Assembly (NCBI GenBank): GCA_030390025.1 | Contig: CM059432.1 | Location: forward strand, 132,124,001 to 132,188,000 | DNA from: Squalus acanthias | Lineage: Eukaryota | Length of the DNA stretch: 64,000 bases | Direction: 5' to 3' | Shown: piece after piece, positions 10,082 to 23,756 of the stretch | Layout of the letters: each line of letters begins with the position of its first letter | How positions within the stretch are numbered: the first letter of the stretch is position 1 | Translations under genes and position numbers: made by a program | The notes under the pieces: generated by a model | Told to the model about the DNA's origin: nothing | What the model saw: the letters and a program-made list of their open reading frames with translations, nothing else | The model's database searches: none

Positions 10082-11908
10082 AGACTTGCATTTATATAAC
10101 GCCTTTTATGACCTCGGACTAGCTCCAGAACTAACCGCGCCTCTAGCCTAGTTGTTCCAATACAGCTATAACACTGGCATCTATCGACAATGTGGAAAAC
10201 TGCTCGGGTATGTCCGGTCCACAAAAAGCAGGACAAATCCAATCCGGCCAATTACCGCCCAATCAGTCTACTCTCAATCATCAGCAAAGTGATGGAAGGT
10301 GTCATCGACAGTGCTATCAAGCGGCACTTACTCAGCAATAACCTGCTCACTGATGCCCAGTTTGGGTTCCGCCAAGACCACTCGGCTCCCGACCTCATTA
10401 CAGCCATGGTCCAAATATGGACAAAGGACCTGAATTCCAGAGGTGAGGTGAGAGTGACTGCCCTTGACATCAAGGCAGCATTTGACTGAGTGTGGCATCA
10501 AGGAGCCCTAGTAAAACTGAAGTCAATGGGAATCGGGGGGAAAATGTTCCACTGGCTGGAGTCATACCTAGCCCCAGGACATAGCTGCAGGAGTTCCTCA
10601 GGGCAGTGTCCCAGGCCTAACCTTCTTCAACTGCTTCATCAATGACCTTCCCTCCAACATAAGGTCAGAAATGGGGATGTTCGCTGATGACTGCACAGTG
10701 TTCAGTGCCATTCATAACTCCTCAGATAATGAAGCAGTCCATGCCCGCATGCAACAAGACCTGGACGACGTTCAGGCTTAGGCTAATAAGTGGCAGGTAA
10801 CATTCGCGCCAGGCAATGACTATCTCCAACAAGCGAGAGTCTAACCACAGCCCCTTGACATTCAACGGTATTACCATCGCCGAATCCCCCACCATCAACA
10901 TCCTGGGGGGTCACCATTGACCAGAAACTTTTAACTGGACCAGCCACATAAATACTGTGACAACAAGAGCAGGTCAGAGGCTGGGTATTCTGAGGCGAGT
11001 GTCTCACCCCCTGACTCCCCAAAGCCTTTCCGCCATCTACAAGGCACAAGTAAGGAGTGTGATGGAATACTCTCCACTTGCCTGGATGAGTGCAGCTCCA
11101 ACAACACAAGAAGCTCGACACCATCCAGGACAAAGCAGCCCGCTTGATTGGCAAGCCATCCACCACCTTAAACATTCACTCCCTCCACCACCGGCGTGCC
11201 GTGGCTGCAGTGTGTACCATCTACAAGATGCACTGCAGCAACTCGTCAAGGCTTCTTCGGCAGCACCTCCCAAACCCGCGACCTCTACCACCTAGAAGGA
11301 CAAGGGCAGCATGCACATGGGAACACCACCACCTCCATGTTCCCCTCCAAGTCTCACACCAGCCTGACTTGGAAGTATATCGCCGTTCCTTCATTGTCGC
11401 TGGGTCAAAATCCTGGAACTCCCTACCTAACAGCACTGTGGGAGCACCTTCACCACACGGACTGCAGCAGTTCAAGAAGGCGGCTCACCACCACCTTCTC
11501 GAGGGCAATTAGGGATGGGCAATAAATGCTGGCCTTGCCAGCGACGCCCACATCCCATGAAAGAATTTTTTTTAAATCCCAAAACGCAGCCAATAAAGTT
11601 CTTTTGAAGTATAGTCACTGTTATGTGGGAAACACTGCAGACAATTTGCGCACAGCAGATAATCTGTTTTAGTGATGTTGGTTGAAGGATAAATATTGGC
11701 CAGGACACTGGGGTGGGTGTGGGAGGTGGGGAGAACTCCCCTGCTCCTCTTCAAAATAGTGTCATGGGATCTTTTACGTCCACCTGAAAGGGCAGATGGG
11801 TCCTCGATTTAACGTCTCGTCTGAAAGACTGGAATGTCAGCCTAGATTGTGTGCTCAAGTCTCTGGAGTGAGACGAGAGTGTTACCAATTTTGCTACGGC
11901 TGACACCT
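10082..11908 (-). mobile_element. DeuSINE split by a LINE insertion (parts about 10082-10119 and 11577-11908)
   Basis: The tail GACTTGCATTTATATAACGCC at 10083 continues after the LINE as CCCAAAACGCAGCCAAT...GATGTTGGTTGAAGGATAAATATTGGCCAGGAC...GGCTGACAC. Confidence 0.75.
10122..11573 (+). mobile_element. CR1-group LINE (family A), 5'-truncated RT region plus 3' UTR, with stops and frameshifts
   Basis: ORFs 10190..10489 (NYRPISLLSIISK...QFGFR...ALDIKAAFD), 10957 and 11090. FADD motif at about 10680. 3' end GGGCAATTAGGGATGGGCAATAAATGCTGGCC. Confidence 0.92.
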
Positions 11909-12329
11909 ATTGGAATTGCAATCCAGTTTACATTCCATTGTATGCTTCTTGTCCAACTTGATACAAATGTTAAAACGGATACAAGAATAGAACAGTTAAG
12001 TGAATTAAATTACTTGGTAAAATCATTATTTATTTGGCAACTCATTGGAAGTGTGCGTGTGTGGAAGGCGGGTGAAGACAGGAGTGGGCTTTTGTATGTT
12101 ATAAATTGTGAGGATTTGAAACCTGTGCACGCACTCCCCACTGCCTTGAAAATCCAGATGCACGCTCCTCTGAAAGAAAAGCCACTGTTCAATACTTAAT
12201 GTAATACAAACCTACATGCAAGTTGAAAGTGTGCTTCTCATTTTCCAAAACAGAAGTCAAGGAATGTCTGAACCAGAAAACTACTAAAATGAAACTGTTC
12301 TTTAACCTTGCAACTCATTTTAAATGGCT

Positions 12330-13990
12330 CCCTCGCTTCAGGTACTGTCCCTCTCCCTTTCAAAACCCCAGCTCAAAAAAAAAACTTCACCCTCAACCAA
12401 TGTTCCCGCTAATTTTTTTTGGGGTGCGCGGCCCCTTTAACGGGTTGCGCGGCACGTTCAATTTCTCACGCATGCACGGTTGTAAAGCCATTGAGTGGCC
12501 TGCGCGGGACCTCCAGACCAGATCGCTGCGTGGCCGCGCAGCTTAACGGGAACATTGCCCTCAACCCCTCTCCTTGCAAACTACCACCCTCGTCTCCAAC
12601 CTCCTTTTGCTCTCCAAAGTCATTGAACGTTTGTTCACCTTCCAAATCCGTGCCCATCTTTCCCACAACTCCATCTTTGAATCTCTCCAATCAGGTTTCA
12701 ATTCCTGCCACAGCACCAAAATAGCCCTAATCAAAGTCCCAAATGACATACCTCTGTGACTGTGACATGGTGCATATTTTTGCTCGTTCTACTCAACCTC
12801 TGTAGCTGTTGACATGGTCAACCACAACATCTTCCTCCAACGCCTGTCTTCTGTTATCCAACTCCGTGGTATTGCCTTCGCTTGGTTCCATTCTTTCTTG
12901 TAGCCAAAGCATTTCCAGCAATGGCCTCTCTTGCCACTGCACAGTTACCTCCCGAGTCTCCCAAGGATCTATCCTTGCCCCCACCCTCCCTTCTCCTCAT
13001 CTACATGTTGCACCTTGGCAACAGCATCCACAGATATGGGGTCAGCTTCCACATGTATGCTGATGATACCCATCTCCACCTCTGCCACCTTCTATCAACC
13101 ACATCCCCCCCCCAGCCCAGCCTCTGTTAACAGACTGCTTCTCTGACATCCAATCATTGTCAAGTTTCCTCCAGTTAAACATTGACAAGACTGAAGCCAT
13201 CATCTACGGACCCCACCACAAATTCCATACCCCTCGCTACCGATTCCTTCTCCCTCCTTAGCCATGGTCTCAGGCTGAACCAGATAGGATCTTGGCATCC
13301 TATTCATCACCAAGCCGAGCTTCCAACCCCATATGATTTCTGTCACAAAAGACCATCTACTTCCACCTTCAATAACAGCGCCCAGCTTCACCCCTGCCCA
13401 TACCTCAGGCCATCTACCACTGAAACCCTCATCCATGCCTTTGTCATCTCCAGATTCCACTATCCCTGTACTTTCCTGCACGGTCTCGCACCCTCTAAAC
13501 TTCAGCTCATCCAAAACTCTGCTACTTGTATCCAATTCTGCATCAGGTCCTGCTCCCCTATCACCCCTGTCCTTGCTGATGTACATAGCCCCTGGTCCCT
13601 CTCCATGCCTCCAATTTAAAATTCTCATCCTCGTTCTTAAATCCCTTCATGGCTTCGCCCTTCCCTATCTCAGTAACTTCCCTACAACCAATCTCCCCAA
13701 CCCTCCCCCGAACTCACTCTTCCTCTGACTGGCCTTTTGCGCATTTCCCCCTGCCCCCCTTCGCTCCACCATTGGGGTTGTTCCTTCAGCCACCTAGCCT
13801 GCATGCTGTGAAATGCCCTAGACTTCTCCGCCTCCCTCTCCTCCTTAAAATCCTCCCTAAAACCAACTTCTTTGACCAAGATTTTGGTTATCCCCTTCTA
13901 ACATCTCCTCCTTTGGCTCTGATTATGCCTCTGAAGTACCTTGGGATGTTTTCTACATTAAAGGCACTATATAAGTACACGTTGTTTTGT
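12330..13990 (+). mobile_element. L2 LINE, decayed RT region to 3' tail
   Basis: Translated fragments FESLQSGFNSCHSTKIALIKV, VSQGSIL, SFHMYADDTHL, ETLIHAFVISR, KLQLIQNSA. 3' tail AAAGGCACTATATAAGTACACGTTG. Confidence 0.85.
12398..12557 (+). mobile_element. hAT-type MITE, 160 bp, nested in L2
   Basis: TIRs CAATGTTCCCGCTAA / TTAACGGGAACATTG (14/15 match). Perfect 8-bp TSD CCCTCAAC at 12390-12397 and 12558-12565. Confidence 0.92.
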
Positions 13991-14961
13991 TTATAACATG
14001 CACAGTGACTTGACTATGCCAAGGCTCCATTTTCTGATTAATTTCCAGTTAATGCATTTGAGCCTAATGAGCAGTTATAGAGTGAACAGGCAGGCAGCAA
14101 AGGGAACTGTACTTGAAACTAGAGTTTACAGGATGGTAATTTAAACAGGTGAACTGTTACTCACTGAACAACTCTGAATCAGGTATGAAAACAGAACAGT
14201 ACATAATCGACTGTATGCAAACATTTCGGACAAGGTGGTGTCTGAATTCCATGTCTAAAAATCCTCCTTATTGTGCATCAAAAATGGAACCCATCCAAAA
14301 TACCCTATTCAAGATGGTGTCTGTGGATTTGAAGAAAGCTCTTATTACCACAAATTAGTCTGGTAAGATGAAAGCTTCTGTAAGAACAGTGTTACCATGT
14401 GGCTAATTTGAAACATGGTTATTTCAGGATGCACTTTACCCTTTGCCACATTCCCATGCCTCACCCCCCCCATACCTGTGGCAGCTTCTGTTTATGTTGA
14501 AACGTTCCTGCTTTTTCAGTGAAGAAGTCAAATTGTGCCCTTGTGTGCATCAGTGTTTTAGCTTGTTTTTAAAAAAAAATTGATTTGAATGCAACCTTGG
14601 TGGTAAATTTTGAGTAGGTTTCCAACTAAACTTTTAAATAAAAGCCATTCATTGTTACATCAGAAAGCATGTCAAGCTGAGTGATGGAGCACATTTATGG
14701 TAGCTATTTGTGAAACAAAGCCGTTGTAATTGTAAAAAAAAATTAGTTTATTACCCAGGAAAGCTTATTTATAGGAAGTGTTTCCCTTCTAAAAGGCAAA
14801 ATATAATTTTGAAAATTTCAGTTAAGCAGGACAGGCTAATTTTGTCACCTATGTTTATTAATATTTAACCTTTGTCTTTGAGAAGCTAATTACAATGCCT
14901 GACTTAACGAATTGTAAATCTTCTAATTAATTCCAGCTGTGTTAGGTATAGAATAAGTATA

Positions 14962-15140
14962 CATCACAAACAGATTATCGGGTCATTATCACATTGCTGT
15001 TTGTGGGAGCTTGCTGTGCACAGATTGGCTGCTGTGCTTCCCATATTACAACAGTGCCTACACTTCAAAAGTACTTCATTGGCTGTAAAGCGCTTTGGGA
15101 CATCGGGCGGCCGTGAAAGGTGCTCTAGAAATACAAGTCT
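14962..15140 (+). mobile_element. DeuSINE 3' half
   Basis: CATCACAAACAGATTATC...ATTGGCTGTAAAGCGCTTTGGGACATC...AAATACAAGTCTT, the reverse complement of the SINE at 37745. Confidence 0.8.
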
Positions 15141-15875
15141 TTTCTTTCCTTTCATTATTAAAGTACGTTTTGGGCTTAAGACTGGCTTCAGGATGACATC
15201 CTGGGAATGCAGTGCAGGATGCCTGATGGCCCAGAGAACCCTGAGGTAAATCAGTCCAGATGCTTCTGGGTCCTTCTCCAGATTCCACTCCCCTCAATGC
15301 CCCTGGAACCAGGATCCCAGTATCTAGCTCCAAGAACTACCAGATTTGGGACTTCCTCCCCAATGTTCCCGGACCCCAGGATCCTCCATGCCCAGGTGCT
15401 GACTGACCCTGATGCCTCTTTCCAGTCAATGCTGCAGGACCCTGGGCCTTCCCCCCCCCCCCCCCCCCCCACCCCAGTGCCAGATCCTGACCCCTTCCCA
15501 CAGTGATGCCAGATCTTAAGACCTCTCTCAGTGCATCCATATTGTTGTACTTTCCCAATACTACCAGACCCCTGCCCCATCTCAATAGCTCAATAACCAC
15601 CTTTACGCTGTGTGGAACCTGTGCGAGTGCAGCTGATTCCTGCAGCATGGGTCTTGTGCAGCTGGCTGCAAGCCAGATATAAAACTACTGGGCTTCACTA
15701 CCAGCGGTGGGCTAGAAGTCCCACCAAATCAGTCTTGGTGAGTCCCATGCTTGCTTTAGTTGCCAGCTGCACTGGTGCTGTCATTTGATGCTTTTACACA
15801 AGCAGCCTTCGTAACGTGCCACCAGCATGTGAAAAATCTCAGTCACAAGTGGGTTATGATGATCTCGCATATATA

Positions 15876-16310
15876 CAGGAAACTCTTTATTAACCGGGAC
15901 CGGCGTGGTGCCGGTTTATCGAAAGTACCGGATAACGGAGAGTTATATCTACCGAGGCTATTTTTAACAAAGAAAAATAAATAAATCAAGAAATGTGCAG
16001 TATACAGTATTTGGGTACTTTTGAAAACTACCCCTACTGACTAAATCGGCGTTCTCGGACTCGGGATCGGCAACATTGCCGATTATTTGAGAGGAGTTTT
16101 CAGAGTACTCGGCGTTCGCGGAGACTCGACTGCGACTCGGCAACATTGCCGGTTATTTGAGAGGAGTTTTCGGAGTACTCGGCGTTCGCGGAGACTCGAC
16201 TGCGACTCAGCAACATTGACGGTTATTTCAGAGGAGTTTTCGGAGGATGATTTTTGCCGGTTAAGCGAGAATTCCGGATATTTGGGTGCCGGATAAACAA
16301 AAGTTTCCTG
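15876..16310. mobile_element. Tc1/mariner (Tigger/pogo-like) MITE, 435 bp
   Basis: TA on both sides. TIRs CAGGAAACTCTTTATTAACCGG / CCGGATAAACAAAAGTTTCCTG (18/22 match). Internal 70-bp tandem repeat at about 16067-16245. Confidence 0.8.
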
Positions 16311-17314
16311 TATTGGCTAAATGCCATTTCCCACGGTCTGTGTCACTTTATGCGACATGTAAGGATGCAGCAGCATAAAGTAATGTTTTATGTTAATCAG
16401 TTGGGGGGAAGCGTTGGTGTTCCTAACAATATCGTTAATGCATTCAGAAACAAAAGAAAGGGTTTACAGTAATGCTACGTGTTGCGACCACAACAGTTCT
16501 TCCCATGATAGAAACACCACTGGACAAGCTTCTCTCTCATGACATGAGGAAACTGATGGAACAACCCAAAATCAGCTAATTAGATTGTAGAAGCAAAGCG
16601 CTTAACAAAAGTTTAATTGACAAAAACAATGTTCAATTCAGTACAGTTAAGCTGAAGTGAAGATGACTTCTTGCTGTCAGATGGGTGCATTCAACGAAAG
16701 GCAATTGGCAGGAGCTGTATAAACAGCACCATGTTTAGCAAAAGGAATTAAACCCATATATTTAAAAGAATGGGTGTATTGATTACAGTCACTAAAACTT
16801 TACTGATTTGATGTCCAGACCTTGACCTACGCGCTCTCTAATCTTGCCAGGGCTGCAATTTTTCAGTTGCGGATATCAAGAAACTAAGTTACGGTGCTGC
16901 AGTAACTTGTGTTTTATTTTTAAAATTATGATTATTTATAAAAATTTGTAACTAAAAAATCTTGCTATAGGAAATGCTACAAATAAGCATTTTAGCAACT
17001 CTCCATGAAAAAGCCTTTTGTGCCAAAATGAAGGCGCTGATCTGGTTATATAGTACAGTTCTGTAAGAAATGGTTAATGGTATAAATTGTGAATACTTGA
17101 AAAAGTTGAAAGAGACTCGACTCAAATTTCAGCCTTTTAATTTAAAACTGGTAAAACGAGGTTATAACTACCAGGAAAGACTGAACAGGCTGGGGCTTTT
17201 TTCTCTAGAAAAGAGAAAGCAGAGAGGCTACCTAATAGAGGTCTTTTTAATTTTTTAAGGAGTTTGCGTCCCACAAACAGCAATGAGATAATGACCACAT
17301 CATCTGTTTTAGTG

Positions 17315-18150
17315 AAATAAAAACAGAAAATGCTGGAGGTACTTCAGCAGGTCAGGCAGCATCTGTGAAGAGAGAAACAGAGTTAACGTTTCAGGTCAAT
17401 GACCTTTTGTCAGAACTGGAGAAAAGCAGGAAATGGAACAGATTTTTAAGCAAGTGTAGGAGCTGGGAAAGGGAGGAGGGGATGAAAGAACAAAGGGGAA
17501 GGTCTGTGATAGGATAAAAGGCAGGAGAATTAAAGAGACATTAAGAGATATGCAAAGCAAAAGGAGATGGTAATGGGACAGGTTAAGAAACAAAGGATGG
17601 CTCGAGATGAAGTGTAAATTGTGCTGGCAGAATGAAAGACAGCTGCCATGTGGGAGAGAAAAGAAAACACACACACAAAAAAAAGTGTGGGGGAAAAAAA
17701 TATATATGATGGGAGCCAAGGTTATGATCTGAAATTGTTGAACTCTATGTTGAGTCAAAAGGCTGTAAAGTGCCTAATCGAAAGATGAGGTGCTGTTCCA
17801 CTGAAGCTCAACATAAGCTCGAGGAACAATGTAAGAGGCCAAGGACGGTGAGGTCTGAGTGGGAGTGGAGCGGAGAATTAAAGTGACAGGCGACCGGAAG
17901 CTCGGGGTCAGCCTTGCTGACTGAACGGAGGTGTTCCGCAAAGCGGTCACCCAATCTGCATTTGGTCTCCCCAATGTAGAGGAGACCGCATCGTGAGCAG
18001 CGAATACAATATGCTAAATTGCAAGAAGTACAAGTAAATCGCTGTTTCACCTGGAAGGGGTGTTTGGGGCCCTGGATAGTGGGAAGGGGGAAGGTATAAG
18101 GGCACGTGTTGCATCTCCTGCGCTTGCACGGGAAGGTGCCGGGCGAAGGA
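17315..18150 (-). mobile_element. Penelope-like element, GIY-YIG endonuclease C-terminus plus 3' terminal repeat
   Basis: ORF 17808..18050(-): FTCTSCNLAYCIRCSRCGLLYIGETKCRLGDRFAEHLRSV...PVACHFN, a typical PLE GIY-YIG domain with the CxxC insert. Confidence 0.9.
17381..17417 (-). ncRNA. Minimal type I hammerhead ribozyme motif in Penelope terminal repeat (core G8 mutated)
   Basis: Minus strand: AGUU CUGACAA A AGGUC AUU GACCU GAAA CGUU AACU. Confidence 0.6.
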
Positions 18151-20914
18151 AAATGTTTGTGATGTTGGTTAAGAGAGAAATATTGTCCGGGACACCGGTC
18201 GAACTCCCCTTCTTACAAATCGTGCCATGGGATCTTTTACATCTGCCTGAGAGGGCAGACGGGGTCTCGGTTTAACTTCTCACCCAAAAGACGGCACCTC
18301 CGACAGTGCAGCACACCCTCAGTACTGCACTGGAGTGTCAGCCTGGACTATTTGCTCATGTCTTGAGTGTGGCTTGAACTATACAAAGGATGATACAAGT
18401 CCCAGCAACTTCGCTGAGTAACCGTGGGCACTGTGTGTGTTTTTTGATGGGCATGATTTCAGCTGAGCTGTATTGGGGGTGGGGGGGGAATCATTGAATT
18501 CCCTCATGTCAATTCATAAAATCAGTTTTTGTCCCTCTCGTACTCTTTCTCTTTTTTTCTTCCCTCTCTTTCTCTTTCTCTCTCTCTCTCTGTCTCATGG
18601 GGCTTTCGAGTGTGGGAAGTCAGCTGGCCAGATGAGAGAGCATACATTATGCTATTTGAAGAAGGGAATGGAGGGAGTTGTTGAATCAAGTTTATGAGTA
18701 AGTTTGTGATTTTCTTCTACTGAATTATTAACTTTTCTTGGTAGAATGTGATTGGTCATTAAATGGCACAACAGGGTATTCTGGCATTTGATGAATGGTT
18801 CTAGGATCTGATTAATTCTTGTTCCCGGGACCTAATTGGTTGAAAGGATAGTAGTCTCTGTTTCTGCAATCTGATTGATCAAAGGGACTCTACAACAATA
18901 CAGCACTACATTTATACAGCCCCAAAACATTTAATATAAATAGTTACATCTGTATAAGGGGATTGCACACATCACTGAGATCACAAATTGGAATACAAGC
19001 AAAGATGTGAATTAGTCTATGCTTCAATGTGTAATGAGTTAGTCAGATCTGTAAGTGTAGTTAAATATTTTCCTTATTTTCTGCCACGTCACCTATGTCT
19101 AGACGTAGTTCTATATTAAAAAAATAAAAAAATCTTTTTTTGAACTTAACCTGTCATTATCTCATGTGGAACGCCAAGATGCCAAAAATATAATTGTTTA
19201 GCCTTTGGATTAAACGGCTAATTTTATTCTTCTGGACCAGATGAAAAAAGGAGCTATGTTCGGAAAAATCCATGTAGGTCACGAGCTCCTGGGGAAAAGA
19301 GAATTTTCCACAAATAGTTATTTCGCCATCATGCGTGTGTCTAACTGTGTGGGCCCCACCCATTTGCAGTCGTGGAAAACGGGTGTGACCCGTTTATTCT
19401 TTGAACTTGTGCCAGATCAAAGAAAGTCAGGAAAAAGTTGAACATGCACGTAATAAAGAAATGTCCTTTCATCTTTAAAGCTGCCCTGCCCCATAATTTG
19501 TTTCCTGAAACTGCTTTTTTAAATAAAAGTCAACTGTAACCCGATGGTCCTGTTTAAACTTGTGTCTGTCTGTTGAACTCACAAATATGGAGCCTATCTG
19601 AATCTTTGATTGCAATTCAACCGTCCTACAAGCACTAGGGTGGCAGTGAATTTTGCTAGTCTTTTTGGTTGATTTTAAGATTCCACATCATGGGGCAGTA
19701 TTGCATCTTACAGATTGAATATTTATGATTTGATGGCCAAAAACACACCGTCAAAACGAATGATTGATTTTAGTCCTTTTTGCTACACAATTGCTATTGC
19801 TACCCAATAGGTTTGACTATTGAAATAAAGACACCTAAAGTGGAAACATGGTCACTACAAGGTCTGCAGCTGTTCAAGAAGACCCACCGCCATCACTTCA
19901 GAGCAACATGGGATGGACAATAAACATAAGCTTGCCAGCATCCCCCATATCCCAAGAACAAATAAAACAAAGAACAAAATAGTTCAAAGTTTTTTTTTTC
20001 TGGGAGCAGCACAAAGTGTTGCCTCTTTTCTTTTATTAAAAAAAAATCAAACCATAGCTAAGAATTATTCTTAACCCCCTTTTTTTCCTGTTCTGTAGAC
20101 AGTGCTGAAAATATTGGGTAATTGGTTTGAAGGAGTTTCTAGTTGGGAGCATTGCATTAACTTGCAGAGTTGAGGGGAGAAGCTGAAGTACACTATCGCC
20201 ATATTATGTTCAGCTGCCTCATAGGTTGACTCAGTAACCTACCTAAGATTACGATTCTTTTTCTCTACCGCCAACAGCACGCACTATTTGCACCAGAATA
20301 TTTTTTTATATATAACAACTTGCATTTATATAGCGCCTTTAACGTAGTAAAATGTCCCAAGGAGCATCACCGGAGCATTATCAAGCAAAATTTGACAGAG
20401 ACACAGAAGATAAGAAATAGGACCCAGGAGCAGGCCATTTGGCCCTTTGAGCCTGTTCCACCATTCAATCGGATCGTGGCTGCGAACGGTCTGGTTCAGC
20501 CTCACAGTTGCCAGAGAGAGGGATGGAGTCGGTGGCTAGGGAACGGAGTTTGTGACGGGGGCCGCAGGCAAAGGCTTCGGTCTTCCCACTATTTAGTTGG
20601 AGGAAAATTTCTGCCCATTCAGTACAGAAAACATGTTAATTTCTTCATTTTATCTAATAAATAACTTGGTATGACTCTCTACATAAGCAGTTGCGCCGAT
20701 GGATGACTGAACACGGACCAATACTTTCCACTCCGCATTAGTTTTAACGAATCTGTAAATGTACTTACAAACATGGCTTGCTTATGGATTTGTTAAACCT
20801 TGAGCAATCTGGTGGAAAAATTGATCCACAGTAGTTTTAAGTACCATCTGGAATCAAAAGTATTCCGTTATGCAAGAAGAGATGATGGAAGAGGAGCAGT
20901 GGAACACTAAAACA

Positions 20915-21042
20915 GAATCAAAATACTGGAAATCTGAAATAAAAACAGAGAAACTGCTGGAAATGCTCAGCAGGTCAGGCAGCATGTGGTGGAGAGAGAA
21001 ACAGCGTTAGCGTTTCAGGTCGATGACCTTTCGTCTGAACAA
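20915..21042 (-). mobile_element. Penelope terminal-repeat fragment with degenerate hammerhead
   Basis: GGAAATCTGAAATAAAAACAG...CAGCAGGTCAGGCAGCAT...CGTTTCAGGTCGATGACCTTTCGTCTGAAC, homologous to 17315-17417. Confidence 0.8.
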
Positions 21043-21781
21043 TGGAATGCTCTTTGATTCGCATTGTTGTCTGCATGTTACAAGTGTTGTTTATGGTCTT
21101 GAGAAGTCAGCAACTTGAACCGTCCCTCATGGTTAATAATGGATGCCTAGTGGAATGCAGCTATAGACCGTCACTGGGAGGATGTTGGCGTTTTGAATGA
21201 AATATGATAGTGACCATTGAGAACATAATTGCCAAGCAGCTCGGGAGCAATTAAATTTAAGAATAGGTCACCATGTGATCAAGAATGTATACAAGGACAG
21301 TGCTGTACAAAAGAGCATCTGGCCAGGTGCAATCTGACGGGCAGAGATCTTGTGTTTGAAGGTTTTCTGTGGTACCATTTTAAAAAGTCTTTTAGAAAAT
21401 GGCATGCTCTGAAATTTATCAAGAGGACGTCCTTATAGCTTAGCAGGTAATGTTCTTTCCAGAATGATACTGAGCTAAACAGATGAGGTTCAATCCCTGG
21501 TCTTTGTTCAGTAGCCTTCTGGAAGCTAGGTTAACATGACCCAAACCTATTTTGGATTACAGGCGGCAGGTAAAGGAGACTTTTATCTCATCTGCGCTAC
21601 CCAGCGGTGAGGACTTCTTTCTGGGAGAATAAAGTGTCCTCAAGTTGCCTTTGGAATGTTCTAATTATTTTGAGTTATGGTAAAATAAAACTAGTGCACG
21701 TGCTGCAGAAAGCATGTACAAATTACAGCAAATGTATAATCCAGTACATTTTTTTTATTTGTATCTCTTGTGTTCTTGCAG

Positions 21782-21979
21782 GTCAAGGTGTCAACCCCAC
21801 ACTGGCGGGCCTGATAGGACTACATGGGCCCGTTGACAAACAGCCCTTTATGGTGGTCTTCTTCAAAGTCAGTGAGGTGCATATTCGAACAACGCGATCG
21901 GCTGCAAACAAACGCAGGCACCAAGGCCGTACCAAATCTACATCAGTTCAAGAGTCACCCAGAGCAACGAGTTTAACTG
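21782..21979 (+). CDS. BMP6: BMP6-like coding exon 4: end of prodomain, furin site, start of mature ligand
   Basis: Acceptor tgttcttgcag and donor G|gtaaat; 198 bp. Encodes [80 protein letters not shown] is BMP6-typical; the RxxR site RTTR is at 21886-21897. Confidence 0.95.
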
Positions 21980-23429
21980 GTAAATGAGAACAGCGAGGGG
22001 TGAAAGATTTCAGTCTTTGATTTTTCTGCCGATTTAGGGGAAGAGTATTTTATTTGAATTGTTAAATTGAAAGAGTGATATAGGAGCAAAGTTTTCATGT
22101 TGGGAGTAATTAAAACTTTCCGTAATACAGTCTGTCCTTCCAAAAGTCATTGATGGATTTCTACCATTTATTCCTGAATCAAAGGGCATTTGTGCTGTAG
22201 GCTTGTGTCCATTGGGAATTGAATTTAGACTGCACAAACTTTCTTGGGTCCTTCATTAGCTGGGTTGGAGAGAAAAGATAATGTAATGTTGTGTACTACA
22301 TAATTCACTTTCCCTGATGCTATAAATAAGACCCCTTTGGCATAATAGTAATTAATATAAACATTTCCAGTAACTTCCATTAAGTGTGTTAAATTTAGTT
22401 TATTCCTGCTGTTAAACCTGTGTCGCAACTCCCTCCAAAAACAACATTCTGTTAATGTATTTCGTATTATCATCAAATGTCTTCTAAATGGTTTTTGGGA
22501 TATACACTAATTTGTATTACTCTGTGTAAGGAGATTGTGGGTGGCAATAATCTTGTGTATGTAAATAAAAATAGGGGCGAAATAAAGGGGGAAGAGGGTA
22601 GGGGAGAGGGAAACGAGAGATGGCGATGGACCTCCCGTATGAAAGGTTTTTGAGTTGGAAGTTCGTACAGATGTTGTCATTTATGAGTATTTTCAATTAT
22701 CCACTTCCTCCTAAGGGCACTACTTCCACGTGAATGACCAAACTGCGGTTGGACCATCTGCCAAAATTACAAATTAACAATTGAAGTTTGGCCGTTTGCA
22801 TAGCTTTTACTAATACTGTACACGTTGGATTACTAAATGTGCACATTTCCCATCCCCACCCAACAGCAGCAAAATCATTCTACGCATATTTCAACATGTT
22901 CTTTTTATGCAGTACATAAGTTGTGGAACAATACCTTTCTTCAGCTTTTTTTTATAAAGAACACTAAACTTCTGTTTTCTTTTATACATCTGTCTTCACC
23001 AGAGAGAGAGAGAGAGCTGCAGAGAAGAGAGATTTGTGCTTTGGTGCCATTGTGCATTTGAACAATAACTTAAAAATAGCAAACACACTGCAGTACATTG
23101 ATGTGCTGGGTTTGTGCCTGCCTTTTCCATGTAGAGTTTCTGATTTCACCAGCACTTGGGGTGAGGGGCCAAGAGGAACTGGAAATCGGTCCTTCCAAGT
23201 GTCTGCACGAAAAGCAGTAGAGGTGTGGGAATAGGTCACTTGCCCAGTTCAGGTTGGGGAATAGTGTACAATACAAATCTAAAAGGACATAAAAATGGGG
23301 CTGGAGAGAGAAATGAACTGCAATAAAAAGCCTAACTCATACTGTTAATTCCTTTTGAATATAAGTGAGCTGCAAACTCCACCCACAATCTATGACCTCA
23401 AATCAAATGTTATCCAAAATTATAAGTAT

Positions 23430-23565
23430 TTTAATATCAAGGTGTTGTCGGCCCGGGAGCGAGGCTAGCGAGCACAGGGGTGATGGGTGAATGGGACTTG
23501 GCGCGAGTTAGGATACGGGCAGTAGAGTTTTGGATGAGCTCAATATATGGAGGGTGCAAGGTGGT
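23430..23565 (-). mobile_element. L2 fragment
   Basis: Closely similar to 24118-24262. Confidence 0.7.
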
Positions 23566-23756
23566 AGAGCTGAAACTTTTCTCAGTGAAGTTTAGCATTT
23601 AGTATACTGCCACAAAATGTCTGCACACTTAGTATAAATGGACTCACTTTAAAGCAGTGTGCAAGCATAAGCTATTTTTAATTGGACCTTTTTGAAGTTT
23701 ACAGTGATGTCTTCGACATTTTGGCTGATTTTCAGTTATGCCTATGATGACGATGA

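Larger units (their letters stand above)
17265..18380 (-). mobile_element. DeuSINE split by a Penelope insertion (parts about 17265-17314 and 18154-18380)
   Basis: GTCCCACAAACAGCAATGAGATAATGACCACATCATCTGTTTTAGTG resumes after the Penelope as TGTTTGTGATGTTGGTT...CGGCACCTCCGACAGTGCAGCAC. Confidence 0.75.
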
